Virus record (IMG/VR): IMGVR_UViG_3300024274_000264
Length of the DNA stretch: 64,000 bases
DNA from: a virus
Reading direction: 5' to 3' (one strand)
The notes beneath the pieces were generated by a model, which ran no database searches, had not been told where the DNA came from, and saw only the letters and a program-made list of their open reading frames with translations. Below are positions 9,456 to 20,528 of the stretch, piece after piece. The translations under genes were made by a program, and so were the position numbers. The stretch's first letter is position 1. Every line of letters starts with the position of its first letter.

Positions 9456-10439
9456 ATGTCTATACTTTTAGTAGATGGTTTTAATAATTTTATGCGTAAT
9501 TTTGCCGCAAATCAATCTGTTACAGCAAATGGCGATCTTGTTGGCGGAGTTGTTGGATTTATTAACACTTTGAAATATGCTATAAAAACAATACAGCCAA
9601 AAGAAATTGTTGTTGTTTGGGAACAAGGTGGTGCTTCCTCAAGAAGAAAATCAATAGATTCAAGTTATAAAGCTCATAGTTCAAAGCAAACTGAAATAAA
9701 AGAATTTCATCAATACAGAGATGATGGAAGAGTTAATCCATTTTATGATGAAAACAATAAACCTAAACAACTTAGTCTTTTGTTAAGTTTACTTGATTGT
9801 TTGCCAATATATCAGATTTATGTGGAAAATACAGAGTGCGACGATATAATTGCTTATTTGGCAACTTCAAAATTAAAATCTTTACCAGATAAAAAAGTAA
9901 TCTTATCTGGAGATAAGGATTTCTATCAATTGCTTATTGATCCAAATATTGAGATATATGATCCATTAAAAAAGATGTATATTTCAAAGAATTATATTCA
10001 AGAAAAATTTGGTGTCTTAGTAGAAAATGTTTGTTTACTTCGGTCAATGATCGGAGACGAATCAGATTCAATTAAGGGTATTGAAGGGGTTGGAGAAAAA
10101 ACAGCAAATAAACTTTTCCCAATTCTTTCAAAAGAAGAAAAAGATTTAAAGTGGATAAAAGAAGAAGCTAATAAACTACTGTTTGAAACAAAAAAACCAT
10201 CCAAGGCACTCAAAAATCTGCAAGAAAACTTCGAGACTATTGAAAAAAATTGGCAGTTGATGTATCTTTCAACCACTGTCCTCTCTGCTTCACAGATAGC
10301 AGAAATCGACAAACAAGTTTCTGAACGAAATAACCTACTAAGAAAAATGGAATTTGTTAAAATTTTGCATGCTGCGAAAATGCAACACACACAAGATTGG
10401 GATTATTTCCTATCAGATTTAAAAAAAATGGTGAGATAG
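9456..10439 (+). CDS. 5'-3' exonuclease / flap endonuclease (T4 RNase H-like)
   Basis: LLVDGFN, YKA, ECDDIIA, SGDKDFYQL, GDESDSIKGIEGVGEKTA. Confidence 0.92.
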   Translation: MSILLVDGFNNFMRNFAANQSVTANGDLVGGVVGFINTLKYAIKTIQPKEIVVVWEQGGASSRRKSIDSSYKAHSSKQTEIKEFHQYRDDGRVNPFYDENNKPKQLSLLLSLLDCLPIYQIYVENTECDDIIAYLATSKLKSLPDKKVILSGDKDFYQLLIDPNIEIYDPLKKMYISKNYIQEKFGVLVENVCLLRSMIGDESDSIKGIEGVGEKTANKLFPILSKEEKDLKWIKEEANKLLFETKKPSKALKNLQENFETIEKNWQLMYLSTTVLSASQIAEIDKQVSERNNLLRKMEFVKILHAAKMQHTQDWDYFLSDLKKMVR

Positions 10440-10557
10440 GGAAATTTGTAACAACGATACTCATTAGTAATACTAATGGATATCAAATTTAAAAAAGCTA
10501 TTTTTAGCTGAGAATTCGCATGTCTAAACAAAAAAGGAATAAAACGGGCATAAATAA

Positions 10558-11997
10558 ATGACTGACTCGATAGCTAGATCTTTCTCTGACGCAAACTGGA
10601 ATCAGGCAATGCAAGAGCGTATTATGCAAGCCATGATTGTTGACAAAGAATGGGCAAAAGGCTTCATAGAAGTTTTTTCTCCTGATTTTTTTGATGATGA
10701 TAGTTTACATCTAAAAGCGGTAAGTAAACTTTATTTAAAACATCATGAAAAATATAAAGAATTTCCATCATTAGATCTTTTGGATTCTTTAACAAAAGAA
10801 TCTTTTGTAAATGATAAACCACTTCAAAACAGAATTGATGTCTTTTTATCAGAAGTTAAAAAGAATGAGCATTTAGGTGATTTAAAATATGCAAAAGAAA
10901 AATCACTTGATTGGTGCAAAAAACAAAAAACATATCAAACAGTTTTGGAAGCGACTTCATTCGTTGAACAAGGCAACTATGATTTAGTAGTTGAAAAAAT
11001 AAAAGAAGTTGCCTCGTTTGGAATCACACAATCTCAAGGGTTAGACTATACAGAAGAATTTGAAAGAAGATATTCAAAGGAAGCAAGACTTCCAATTTCA
11101 ACTGGAATACCTGAATTAGACCAAAAGGTGATTTTAAATGGTGGATTAGCTCCAAAAGAAATTGGAATTGTTGTAGCGCCAACAAATCACGGAAAGTCAC
11201 ATTTACTTATCCAGTTTGGTGCAGAAGCTTTACTAAGAGGAAAAACAGTTTTCCATTTTACAATGGAAATGCCAGAAGAATATGTCGCACTGCGATATGA
11301 TTCTTATATAACAAAAATTGACTGTTCTGATTTAAATGATAATAAAGATCTTGTCAAACAAGAAATTGATTCTCTTAAAGAGAAAGGGATTCTTGGAAAA
11401 TTAATAATCAAAGAGTTTCCTTCTGGTGTACCAACGGTAACAAATTTAAAAACATTTATTGAAAAAATGGCTTATAAGAATCTAAAGCCAGATATTATCA
11501 TTGTTGACTATGCAGCTCTTATAAGAAGTTCCGAAAAACATGAACATACAAGAATAGAACTTCAGTTGATTATTAGAGAATTAAGAGCAATGGCAAAAGA
11601 AATGTTCTGTCCAATTTGGACAGCTCTTCAATCCAACAAAGATGGAACCAAGTCGGGGGTTGTTGATGAAACCAATTTAGCAGAATCTTATGCTCAGGCC
11701 GCAGAAGCAGATTTTATTTTAGGTCTTTTTCAAAAGGCAGGTTATGGAACACTTCATGTTGCTAAAAACAGAATGGGAATAAAAGATAAGACATATAATA
11801 TCTTTTTAGATACGGCAAAATCGACTCTTAACGTAATAGAAGAAAGTAATACACCAGACACAAACAAAGATTTAGCAGTTAAATCAGCAGCTAGTGGCGG
11901 AACTTCCGCAAACCCAAACTTAAAAAATTTCTTTAAAGAAAGACAACGAAGACTTAGAGAAATCGATACCGAAGTGAAAGATGTTTTTAATGAATAA
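10558..11997 (+). CDS. replicative DnaB/gp41-like helicase
   Basis: ISTGIPELD, APTNHGKS, TMEM, IIVDYA, WTALQ, AKNR. Confidence 0.9.
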   Translation: MTDSIARSFSDANWNQAMQERIMQAMIVDKEWAKGFIEVFSPDFFDDDSLHLKAVSKLYLKHHEKYKEFPSLDLLDSLTKESFVNDKPLQNRIDVFLSEVKKNEHLGDLKYAKEKSLDWCKKQKTYQTVLEATSFVEQGNYDLVVEKIKEVASFGITQSQGLDYTEEFERRYSKEARLPISTGIPELDQKVILNGGLAPKEIGIVVAPTNHGKSHLLIQFGAEALLRGKTVFHFTMEMPEEYVALRYDSYITKIDCSDLNDNKDLVKQEIDSLKEKGILGKLIIKEFPSGVPTVTNLKTFIEKMAYKNLKPDIIIVDYAALIRSSEKHEHTRIELQLIIRELRAMAKEMFCPIWTALQSNKDGTKSGVVDETNLAESYAQAAEADFILGLFQKAGYGTLHVAKNRMGIKDKTYNIFLDTAKSTLNVIEESNTPDTNKDLAVKSAASGGTSANPNLKNFFKERQRRLREIDTEVKDVFNE

Positions 11998-13975
11998 CAC
12001 AAATAAAGAAATGAAAACACAACAAATGAATAGTACAATTATTAATCAAGATGGATTTATTTCCGATCCATATAAAAATTTTATTCATATAAGCAGATAT
12101 GCAAGATGGTTGGAAGATCAACAACGCAGAGAAAATTGGGTTGAAACTGTTGAAAGATATATTTCATTTATGAAAAAACATTTGGTCACAAACCATCGCT
12201 ACAGTTCAACTGATGGAATATTTAATGAAATAAAAACCGCAATTCTCGAACATGATATAATGCCCTCGATGAGAGCTTTAATGACAGCTGGTAACGCCGC
12301 TGAAATCGAACATGTTGCCCTTTACAACTGTAGTTTTATTGCGATTGACTCTTTAAGAGCTTTTGATGAAGCAATGTATATTTTAATGAATGGAACTGGT
12401 GTTGGATTTTCTGTTGAACAAGAGTATATAAAAAATTTACCAGTTATCGCAGATGAATTTGAACAAACCGAAACAACAATAGTCGTTGAAGATAGCAAAA
12501 TTGGTTGGGCAAAAGCATATAAAGAATTAATTTCTCTTCTTGTTAATGGTCAAATTCCAAAATGGGATATGCATAAAGTTAGACCTGCTGGGGCTAGGTT
12601 AAAAACATTTGGAGGTAGAGCATCGGGACCAGAACCATTAAAAGAACTTTTTAGATTTACAGTTCAAATATTTAAAGGAGCAAAAGGAAGACGACTCAAA
12701 TCAATTGAAGCTCACGACCTAATGTGTAAAATTGGTGAAGTTGTTGTTGTTGGCGGTGTTCGACGTTCTGCTTTGATTTCGCTTTCGAATCTTGATGATT
12801 TTGAAATGGCAAAAGCAAAAAGTGGACAGTGGTGGGAATCACAATCTCAACGTTCTCTTGCAAACAATTCAGCTGTTTACTATTCAAAACCAAACACTGC
12901 ACAGTTTTTAAGAGAGTGGAGAAATTTATACGAATCAAAATCTGGCGAACGTGGCATTTACAATGCAGATTCTGTTAAAAAACATTTAGAAAAATTCGGC
13001 AGAAGAGATTCGACTAAATCTTTCGGAACAAATCCTTGCGCAGAAATTATTTTAAGAAGTTTACAATTTTGTAACTTAACAGAAGTTGTTATTAAGGAAT
13101 ACGATACAGAAGAGACGTTAATGAATAAAATTCGTCTTGCTACATTACTTGGAACATGGCAATCTTCATTAACAAATTTCAAATATATCAGAAAATCGTG
13201 GAAAAATAATTGTGAAGAAGAAAGACTTTTAGGTGTTTCTTTAACTGGAATTTATGGTAATCAATTTATGTCAACTAATTCATCAGAATTGGTCAGCAGA
13301 TTAACAAGGATGAGAGAATACGCTGTTGAGGTTAATACACAAGAAGCAGAAAAAATTGGCATTGAACCAAGCGCAGCAATAACCTGTGTAAAACCTTCTG
13401 GTACAGTTTCTCAATTGGTTGGAGTTTCGAGCGGAATCCACCCTTGGTATTCGAAATATTATATCAGAACAGTTAGAGCAGATAATAAAGACCCACTTAC
13501 AGCTTTCTTAAAAGCCTCTGGAATTCCAAACGAACCTGACGTAATGAAACCCGAAAACACAACAGTCTTTTCTTTTCCAGTTAAAGCACCAGAAAATGTA
13601 GTTACGTCAAAAGAAATAACTGCAATTCAACATCTAGAACTATGGAAAACATATAGAGAACATTGGTCAGAACATAATCCTTCAGTTACAATCCAAGTAG
13701 GAGAAGATGAATGGATGGATGTTGGAGCTTGGGTATATAAAAATTTTGATAACATTGGAGGCGTGTCATTTTTACCAAAATCAGAACACACTTATCGGCA
13801 GGCTCCATATCAAGAAATATCCAAGGAACAGTACGAAGAAATGGTGAAAAATTTTCCAAAAGAAATTTCTTGGAAAGATTTCAGTTTGTTTGAAACAGAA
13901 GATGGAACAACGGGAGCGCAAGAACTCGCTTGTACTTCTGGAGCATGTGAGATTGTTGATATTGGAAATAAATAA
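11981..13975 (+). CDS. nrdJ: class II (adenosylcobalamin-dependent) ribonucleotide reductase
   Basis: PSMRALM, YNCS, GTGVGFS, VVGGVRRSA, TNPCAEI, TCVKPSGTVS, C-terminal CTSGAC. Confidence 0.93.
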   Translation: MFLMNNTNKEMKTQQMNSTIINQDGFISDPYKNFIHISRYARWLEDQQRRENWVETVERYISFMKKHLVTNHRYSSTDGIFNEIKTAILEHDIMPSMRALMTAGNAAEIEHVALYNCSFIAIDSLRAFDEAMYILMNGTGVGFSVEQEYIKNLPVIADEFEQTETTIVVEDSKIGWAKAYKELISLLVNGQIPKWDMHKVRPAGARLKTFGGRASGPEPLKELFRFTVQIFKGAKGRRLKSIEAHDLMCKIGEVVVVGGVRRSALISLSNLDDFEMAKAKSGQWWESQSQRSLANNSAVYYSKPNTAQFLREWRNLYESKSGERGIYNADSVKKHLEKFGRRDSTKSFGTNPCAEIILRSLQFCNLTEVVIKEYDTEETLMNKIRLATLLGTWQSSLTNFKYIRKSWKNNCEEERLLGVSLTGIYGNQFMSTNSSELVSRLTRMREYAVEVNTQEAEKIGIEPSAAITCVKPSGTVSQLVGVSSGIHPWYSKYYIRTVRADNKDPLTAFLKASGIPNEPDVMKPENTTVFSFPVKAPENVVTSKEITAIQHLELWKTYREHWSEHNPSVTIQVGEDEWMDVGAWVYKNFDNIGGVSFLPKSEHTYRQAPYQEISKEQYEEMVKNFPKEISWKDFSLFETEDGTTGAQELACTSGACEIVDIGNK

Positions 13976-13996
13976 TAGTTAATAACTATTATTAAT

Positions 13997-14743
13997 ATGA
14001 ATCTTCAAGAAATCATTGATAAATTATCGTCTGCTGGGTCTCAATCTAAAAGAGAACAGCAGATAAAGCTATTTCTAGATCAGGAAATTTTTCCTATCTG
14101 GATTAGTGAAGTAATGTCTAAAGTTGTTGTTTCTGACGGGGTAAATGTTTTAGAGTATTTTGTTTATAATGATTATCTTTGCCTTGGCAATAATACAGAG
14201 TGGTTTCATTGTCCTATGAGCCCCTTGACATGCGCTGAACTAATGGCTAAGTATGATCTTGTGTTACCGACACCTAAAATGGTGCAACAAATATATTCTG
14301 CTGCAAAAATTAAGCCTAGAGCAATTTCTTGGAGCGAACTTTACAAAAATGAAACAAAGAAATTTAACAGAGATTCGACCAAGTGTTATTTGGATCATTC
14401 AAAAAAAGTTCAAGAACAAATGATTCAAGCAGGTTGGAATTCTGGAGATTTAGTTGCAGGGCATAAAAAAGATATTGTTCTTACCAATGTATTATCAAAT
14501 CCAAAGTATAAAACCAATGTTGCTATTTATGGGTGGTTTAATTCTGATGGAACAATAATCCAAAAACTAAATGGAATAGATCACATCGTTACATATGTTG
14601 ATTATTCTCATGGATTAAGAATGGTTAAAGATGGATGTATTTTAAATGGAAATCAATCTAAATTAACTGATATTTTCGAAGACAAAACTTTGTGTAAATT
14701 AGTCCATGACGAACCTTTAAAGTTTAAAAAATATGAAAAATGA
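13997..14743 (+). CDS. hypothetical protein (possible hydrolase)
   Basis: LPTPKMV, LVAGHKKD, VAIYGW, YVDYSHG look like conserved motifs; function not assigned. Confidence 0.6.
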   Translation: MNLQEIIDKLSSAGSQSKREQQIKLFLDQEIFPIWISEVMSKVVVSDGVNVLEYFVYNDYLCLGNNTEWFHCPMSPLTCAELMAKYDLVLPTPKMVQQIYSAAKIKPRAISWSELYKNETKKFNRDSTKCYLDHSKKVQEQMIQAGWNSGDLVAGHKKDIVLTNVLSNPKYKTNVAIYGWFNSDGTIIQKLNGIDHIVTYVDYSHGLRMVKDGCILNGNQSKLTDIFEDKTLCKLVHDEPLKFKKYEK

Positions 14744-14782
14744 AAACCTATTTGATAGGTCTTTCAATGCGAAAGAAATAGA

Positions 14783-15049
14783 ATGCAAAATAAAAAAATA
14801 CAAATAGACAAAGCTTTTCTAAACAGAGTATTAGATTTTTACGCAATGGAACTAATGAATAAATTCAGATTTGAGCAATTGACTCAAGCCACGAAATATC
14901 GATTAGAAGATGAGTTAAAAAATATACAACTTGTAAAACAGAGCGCGGAACCACTTAATACGTTTTGGTTTATAGATGTAAAAGTAATTTATGGGGAAAA
15001 CGCAATTGATGTTGACATAGCTGATCCAGATCAAATTCAAATCATATAA
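14783..15049 (+). CDS. hypothetical protein
   Basis: ORF between the previous gene and dnaE piece 1. Confidence 0.5.
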   Translation: MQNKKIQIDKAFLNRVLDFYAMELMNKFRFEQLTQATKYRLEDELKNIQLVKQSAEPLNTFWFIDVKVIYGENAIDVDIADPDQIQII

Positions 15050-15059
15050 AAAGGTAAAA

Positions 15060-16910
15060 ATGAGAGAGCCTAAAAAGTATGTGAATCTACATGCACATTC
15101 AAACGGAAGTATTGGCGATGCCATCGGACTTCCCCAGGATCATTTTGATTTTGCCCAAAAAAATGAACTTGGAGCTCACGCAATTACAGATCATGGAAAC
15201 ATGAACACTTTTTCTCACTCTTACAAATACTACGAGGGTCTTAAAAAAGAAGGTAAAGAATTCAAAATTCTTTATGGAATTGAGTCTTATTTTATTCCAT
15301 CCATATCGGAGTGGTCTTCTTTAAAAGAAGAAACTTCAAAAAGAAAAGAAATAGAAAAGCAAAATAAAAAAACAAATAAAGCAAAACCAAAAAAATCAAC
15401 AGATGAGTTTATTATTTTTGATGAAATTGAAGAAAAGCGAAAAGCAGAATTTATAGCAGAAGTTGAAAACTACGAACTTTTAAATAAAGAAGTTGCGCTT
15501 TTGAAAGACGCTGAAGGAAATGTTGAAACAACTGTTGTTGAAAATGAAGAAGAAACTAAATCCAACAAAGTTAGAGATCCTCTTCGTTCAAGAAGTCATT
15601 TAGTATTGCTTGCAAAAAACACAGCAGGTTTACATAGTTTGTTTAAACTAACTTCTCTTTCTTATAAAGAAGGATTTTATTTTTTTCCACGTATGGATTT
15701 CGACTTAATAAAGCAAAATGCTAATGGTAATATAATAGCAAGCAGCGCTTGTTTAGGTGGCGAACCAAATAAAATACTCATAAAACATTTTTTAGATCTT
15801 AACCTAAATGAAGAAGATTACAAGAGTGATGTCGATAAACTAAAAACTTACAAATTCGATCAGATTCAATCTGAACTAAAACTACTTGCCGAGCAATTTA
15901 TATACGTTTTAGGAGGCAATAAAGATAATTTTTTTCTTGAAATACAGTTTAACAAAGTTCCATATCAACATTTGCTGAATTATCATTTAATTGAATTATC
16001 AAAAAGAACTGGAATAAAAGTTATTGCGACCGCAGATTGCCACTATCCAAATCCCGAACACTGGAAAGAAAGAATTATTTATAAAACTCTCGCAAGAATG
16101 ACTGTCGATAAACTTAAAGAAATTGATCCAAATACAATTCCACAAAAAATTGAAGAGTTGGAACATGAGTTATATCCAAAGAATGCCACTCAAATGTGGA
16201 ACGCTTATAAAAACTATTGTGTTAAAGATTATCCTGAAATTTATACCGAAGAATATCATGAAATAGTTTGCGACGCAATTGAACGAACGCATGAAATTGC
16301 TTTTGAAGCAATTGACAAGAAAATAGAATTCGATAAAACTCCAAAACTTCCAAGTCTGAATAAGTTAATATCAGAAAATAAAATTAAAGATTTTAAATCC
16401 GATGGTTTGAATGAAGATGAAATAAGTTTTAACGAGCTCGTCGATTTGGTTATGTCTGGTCTAGAATCAAAAAAGAAAATTGAAGATACAAAATATGTTG
16501 ACCGCGCTCTTGAAGAACTTGACGTTATCAAACATTTAAAACTTGAAAAGTATTTTTTGACTTGTGCCCAAAGTCTTAATTTGATTGGTAAAAAAATGTT
16601 ATTAGGAGCTGGCAGAGGTTGTTTCTTACCAGGAACAAAAATACATATTCCTTCTTCAAAAAGAAAATTGAATATTGAAGAGTTTTCTTCTTCAAAAGAA
16701 GAATGGGTTTATACCCACGATGGCTCAATTCAAAAAGTTTTAAAATGTTGGGATCACGATCTTCAAGACGAAGAGATAGTAGAACTCGAATTTGATGATG
16801 GTACGATAATTTCTTGCACAAAAGATCATAAATTTCTTACGAAAAATCGTGGTTGGGTCGCGGCATCTGACTTAAAAGATGATGATGAATTCGAAAAAGT
16901 ATGTTTTTAA
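15060..16910 (+). CDS. dnaE: DNA polymerase III alpha, piece 1 of 4 (PHP domain; 520-aa extein plus IntN1)
   Basis: LHAHS, AITDHG, HLVLLAKN, ATADCHY, ends GAGRG|CFLPGT... Confidence 0.95.
   Translation: MREPKKYVNLHAHSNGSIGDAIGLPQDHFDFAQKNELGAHAITDHGNMNTFSHSYKYYEGLKKEGKEFKILYGIESYFIPSISEWSSLKEETSKRKEIEKQNKKTNKAKPKKSTDEFIIFDEIEEKRKAEFIAEVENYELLNKEVALLKDAEGNVETTVVENEEETKSNKVRDPLRSRSHLVLLAKNTAGLHSLFKLTSLSYKEGFYFFPRMDFDLIKQNANGNIIASSACLGGEPNKILIKHFLDLNLNEEDYKSDVDKLKTYKFDQIQSELKLLAEQFIYVLGGNKDNFFLEIQFNKVPYQHLLNYHLIELSKRTGIKVIATADCHYPNPEHWKERIIYKTLARMTVDKLKEIDPNTIPQKIEELEHELYPKNATQMWNAYKNYCVKDYPEIYTEEYHEIVCDAIERTHEIAFEAIDKKIEFDKTPKLPSLNKLISENKIKDFKSDGLNEDEISFNELVDLVMSGLESKKKIEDTKYVDRALEELDVIKHLKLEKYFLTCAQSLNLIGKKMLLGAGRGCFLPGTKIHIPSSKRKLNIEEFSSSKEEWVYTHDGSIQKVLKCWDHDLQDEEIVELEFDDGTIISCTKDHKFLTKNRGWVAASDLKDDDEFEKVCF
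16620..16907 (+). mobile_element. split intein N fragment 1 (96 aa)
   Basis: CFLPGTKI block A, CTKDHKFLT block B, GWV.A.DLK.DD then stop. Confidence 0.92.
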
Positions 16911-16932
16911 TTTTTTAAAGTAATATCTATAT

Positions 16933-17280
16933 TTGGGACCAAAAATGATATTCTACCAAATTTTTTGCTCAAACTGTGGAATGTTGTTTTTACCTTCTCA
17001 AGATATTAAATTTGCCGATCGATCGGCAAATGTTTTATGTTGTTCGAAGAATTGTTTAAAAATTCACAATTATAAATATTCTGCTTGGACAACACGTCAA
17101 AAAATAGATTTTAAATCCGCAAGAGATGTTATTACAACTACCATAAAAATAGTTGGTAATATTCCTGAAATTAACGAACTCTTAAAATTATCTTCGTCTC
17201 TAGTAATCGATGAATATTCCAATCAACAATTATTGAAAGAAATAATTGAAATGATAAAAGACAATATAATCCTACTGTAG
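16933..17280 (+). CDS. hypothetical Cys-rich (zinc-finger-like) protein
   Basis: CSNC...CCSKNC. Confidence 0.5.
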   Translation: MGPKMIFYQIFCSNCGMLFLPSQDIKFADRSANVLCCSKNCLKIHNYKYSAWTTRQKIDFKSARDVITTTIKIVGNIPEINELLKLSSSLVIDEYSNQQLLKEIIEMIKDNIILL

Positions 17281-17290
17281 AAAGATAACA

Positions 17291-18148
17291 ATGAATAAAA
17301 AAATAAAAGTGTTCTATAACGATAAACAGAATGTCGCAAACAACATTAGTTTTTCTCCGTCGGCAGGAAAACCAAAACGATTTGTTGAAGAAATAAAAAG
17401 TTTTGATTATGTCGAAATGATTGATAATTTTGAACCATATTCAAGAAATGATTTTTATTTAGGCCATGATCAACAACATGTTGATGCGGTGTTAAATTGC
17501 GAAAAACAAAATGGGTTTGAAAACAAACTTCAAGAAGTAGCAGAATCTCTGCATTGGACAAATGCTTCATTTTATGCTGCGGCAAAATCTGCATTCGAAA
17601 ACAAAACTTTTTCTTGTTCTCCAACATCGGGATTTCACCACGCAACATATAATGAATGTATGGGGTTTTGTACTTTTAATGGGCTTATACTAGCTGCGAT
17701 TAAGCTAAAGCAGCAATACCCAGATATTCTAATTTCAATTATTGATATTGATGCCCATTATGGAAATGGAACGGATGATATAATCAAAAGATTAAATTTA
17801 AAAGATTTTATCCACCACTATACTTTTGGTGGAGTTGTTGATAGTTTTGATAAAAAAACATTATTTTATGATTTCGAAGTGACATTAAAAAATGAAATGA
17901 ATAGATTCACAAAATATTGTGATTTAATTTTGTATCAAGCTGGCGCAGATCCTCACATTGAAGATCCATACGGAGGATATTTTACAACAAAAGAACTGCA
18001 TCAAAGAGACAAGATAGTTTTTGAATTTGCTAAAGAAAACAAAATTCCTGTTGCTTGGAATCTCGCAGGCGGCTATCATAAAAACTTTGATAAAGTATTA
18101 GAGGTTCATTTAAACACATTATCCGAGGCCCACGAATGGATTCTTTAG
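17291..18148 (+). CDS. histone deacetylase (HDAC/AcuC) family protein
   Basis: GFHHA, GFCTFN, DIDAHYGNGT, QAGADPH..DPYG, GGY. Confidence 0.93.
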   Translation: MNKKIKVFYNDKQNVANNISFSPSAGKPKRFVEEIKSFDYVEMIDNFEPYSRNDFYLGHDQQHVDAVLNCEKQNGFENKLQEVAESLHWTNASFYAAAKSAFENKTFSCSPTSGFHHATYNECMGFCTFNGLILAAIKLKQQYPDILISIIDIDAHYGNGTDDIIKRLNLKDFIHHYTFGGVVDSFDKKTLFYDFEVTLKNEMNRFTKYCDLILYQAGADPHIEDPYGGYFTTKELHQRDKIVFEFAKENKIPVAWNLAGGYHKNFDKVLEVHLNTLSEAHEWIL

Positions 18149-18450
18149 AAGCAATTTTAGAGTCTGGTTTGCTTGATGATCTTACAAATTTTCAAGAAGA
18201 AATAGCGATAGCTAAAATTCATGATTTAAATAAATTCTTTGAAGAAAGTAAGTACAAAGTTCCAGAAATGGAATTAGTCAATAGAATATTATTAGTTTTA
18301 ATAGTTGCTTTAGTATCACATAATATTTATTTTGAACTTGATGCGTTAATCAATATTGTCCATTTTGAAAGTTTAAACAGAAAAGAAAAAATTATAAATT
18401 ACGAAGAATTTTGTAAACATATTTTGTCTATAATGGTCCCAAAGAATTGA
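18136..18450 (+). CDS. hypothetical protein
   Basis: ORF in operon. Confidence 0.5.
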   Translation: MDSLEAILESGLLDDLTNFQEEIAIAKIHDLNKFFEESKYKVPEMELVNRILLVLIVALVSHNIYFELDALINIVHFESLNRKEKIINYEEFCKHILSIMVPKN

Positions 18451-18488
18451 AATAAGGATTAGTTATTGTATGAGAGGTATTAAAAATT

Positions 18489-18875
18489 ATGCTCACAAGA
18501 CAACAGATAAAAAGCTGTATAACAAAAGTGGGCAGGGTAACAACCTATACAATGTTTTTTGAAATTATCAAAGATGAAGAAGAAAATGAATGTTTTTTTA
18601 ACATTGTCTCACTAACAGAAGAAGAAATTAAAGAATTAGTTCCTGTAAAAATTATTTCAAAAAGAAAAGTTAAAAGATTTTTTAGTGACATTTATCAAAT
18701 AAATGATATGGGAAAATACAGAGACGAGAAAGAAATTATAGATTTTTATTTTCCAACAATAATGTATGAACATTTCTCAATTAAACAAAAGTTTTTTATT
18801 TTTGCTGAGTGTTATGATTTTCTTGTAAATAAAAAACTATTAAAACCAATACCTACAATAAAAGTAAATATATGA
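18489..18875 (+). CDS. member of ~120-aa 'SPRK...PKIEV' paralogue family
   Basis: ISKRKVK and C-terminal PIPTIKVNI. Confidence 0.6.
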   Translation: MLTRQQIKSCITKVGRVTTYTMFFEIIKDEEENECFFNIVSLTEEEIKELVPVKIISKRKVKRFFSDIYQINDMGKYRDEKEIIDFYFPTIMYEHFSIKQKFFIFAECYDFLVNKKLLKPIPTIKVNI

Positions 18876-19261
18876 AAAAGAAAAATACAGAAATTAAATT
18901 TAGTATTAAAAAAGGTATTAACCCTAACCATTTAATAATTGCTTTTTCTCACTATGATATTTACACAAAAGCTTTTTCTGATGTTAGAATGATATTCGAT
19001 ACATTTGACTTTTTTTTAAAAATACATGAGTTTTTAACTCCTCGAAAAATAAAGTCCTTATACAAGAAAGAACTTGATCGAACTTTAGTTTCATTGAGTT
19101 TTATGGATAATAAAAATTATAAATTCATAGAAATGAAGGGATTACCGTTTGTTGACAAATATTATTGTAAGTGGATCATTACATTTAAGACTTATAGAAA
19201 ATTAAAAAAATATATAGGGAATTTTATTGTTGAGCCTCAAAAAATTATAGTTGGCACTTAA
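18872..19261 (+). CDS. member of 'SPRK...PKIEV' paralogue family
   Basis: LTPRKIKSL and C-terminal EPQKIIV. Confidence 0.65.
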   Translation: MKKKNTEIKFSIKKGINPNHLIIAFSHYDIYTKAFSDVRMIFDTFDFFLKIHEFLTPRKIKSLYKKELDRTLVSLSFMDNKNYKFIEMKGLPFVDKYYCKWIITFKTYRKLKKYIGNFIVEPQKIIVGT

Positions 19262-19289
19262 ATAAAACTAAATTAATATTTATATTCAA

Positions 19290-19580
19290 ATGGATCAAAA
19301 ACCAAAACCGCTGTCAAACGATTTATCACCAAGAAAAATTAGTTCACATAATTTTAAACTTGTTCCTGTAAAAAAATTTAGAATTGTTAATGAGTTTTTT
19401 GAGGCGGTTACAATTGATGGAAAAACTGATCCATTGTTTGATTCGTGGGAAATGGCTGAAAAATCGATCAAAGAATATTTAAGTTTGTCGCAAACAATGC
19501 GGGGTAAATATACTATAATCGTAGTATACATTAATTTGCCTTCTGAGATGAAAAACGAGACCAATGTCGAATCAAAATAA
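19290..19580 (+). CDS. hypothetical protein
   Basis: ORF in operon. Confidence 0.5.
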   Translation: MDQKPKPLSNDLSPRKISSHNFKLVPVKKFRIVNEFFEAVTIDGKTDPLFDSWEMAEKSIKEYLSLSQTMRGKYTIIVVYINLPSEMKNETNVESK

Positions 19581-19917
19581 TGACGGATATAATTTTCTAA
19601 CACTTCAATTAAATTCTAATTTTGCTCCCCTTAAAGGAATTTCTATTGTTAAGATTGATGGTCTTTTAACAAAAAGAAGATTAATTTGCATCTTGCAAAA
19701 TCGACTTAAAAGATTAGCAAAAAATAAAAAAGAAAAAATATATATTGCAACCGAGAAAAGATTTTTAAGGTTTAAAAGAAAAAAAATATATATTGCGTAT
19801 GTAGTTTACGAAAAAAATGAAAGTGTCTTAAAATTTTTTACCAAAAAAATGCTCCAAGATTTAAAAAGAAAAGGGATAAAAGTTATAAATAACAGTATTA
19901 CCGTTATTACTTCCTAG
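19564..19917 (+). CDS. basic hypothetical protein, possible divergent paralogue-family member
   Basis: LLTKRRL at an equivalent position, similar length. Confidence 0.45.
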   Translation: MSNQNNDGYNFLTLQLNSNFAPLKGISIVKIDGLLTKRRLICILQNRLKRLAKNKKEKIYIATEKRFLRFKRKKIYIAYVVYEKNESVLKFFTKKMLQDLKRKGIKVINNSITVITS

Positions 19918-19954
19918 TATTGCTACCGCGAAAACGAGGCGCTACACATGAAGT

Positions 19955-20317
19955 ATGACAAAAAGTTTTCATGAAATAGCTGTGTTGCAAGCAGATTTAC
20001 TTGAGAAAAAAGATCGAGCATATGGCAGTAGTTTTAATAAAACAGCTGATCATTTAAAAATATTGTTTCCCGATGGAATTGTAGATGATCAATACCAACA
20101 CCTAATGTTTATTATAAGAGTGTTAGACAAACTAACAAGAATTGCAAATAGTAGTCTTTTACCACCAGAAGAAGGCTGTTTAGATGCTTATTTGGACATT
20201 AACGGATATTCAATATTAGGAATAAAAAAAATTCTAGATTCGAAAATTGAACCAGAACAAAAAAATGAAGTAATCGAGGAAATGGTAATAGAACATGAAA
20301 CAAACAATCCTGCATGA
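19955..20317 (+). CDS. nucleotide-modification-associated (Nmad1/DUF1599-like) protein
   Basis: KKDRAYGSSF, IRVLDKLTRI, YLDINGYSIL. Confidence 0.75.
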   Translation: MTKSFHEIAVLQADLLEKKDRAYGSSFNKTADHLKILFPDGIVDDQYQHLMFIIRVLDKLTRIANSSLLPPEEGCLDAYLDINGYSILGIKKILDSKIEPEQKNEVIEEMVIEHETNNPA

Positions 20318-20528
20318 CGAAACAATTGGAGAAAAACAAGAACTTGTGATAAGAGCGAGAACGCTTTTATTAAGCGACGAATTTGGCAATGCAAGACAAA
20401 GATATTCAGAAATATATTTTGTTTATGTTGGAAAAGATAAAATGGATTCTGTTGGGCTAACATCAGCAGAACTAGGATTAATTGTAGAAAGATACAAACA
20501 GTATTTGTTTAAGTATAAAGAAGAGTGA
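20295..20528 (+). CDS. hypothetical protein
   Basis: ORF overlapping the previous gene. Confidence 0.45.
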   Translation: MKQTILHDETIGEKQELVIRARTLLLSDEFGNARQRYSEIYFVYVGKDKMDSVGLTSAELGLIVERYKQYLFKYKEE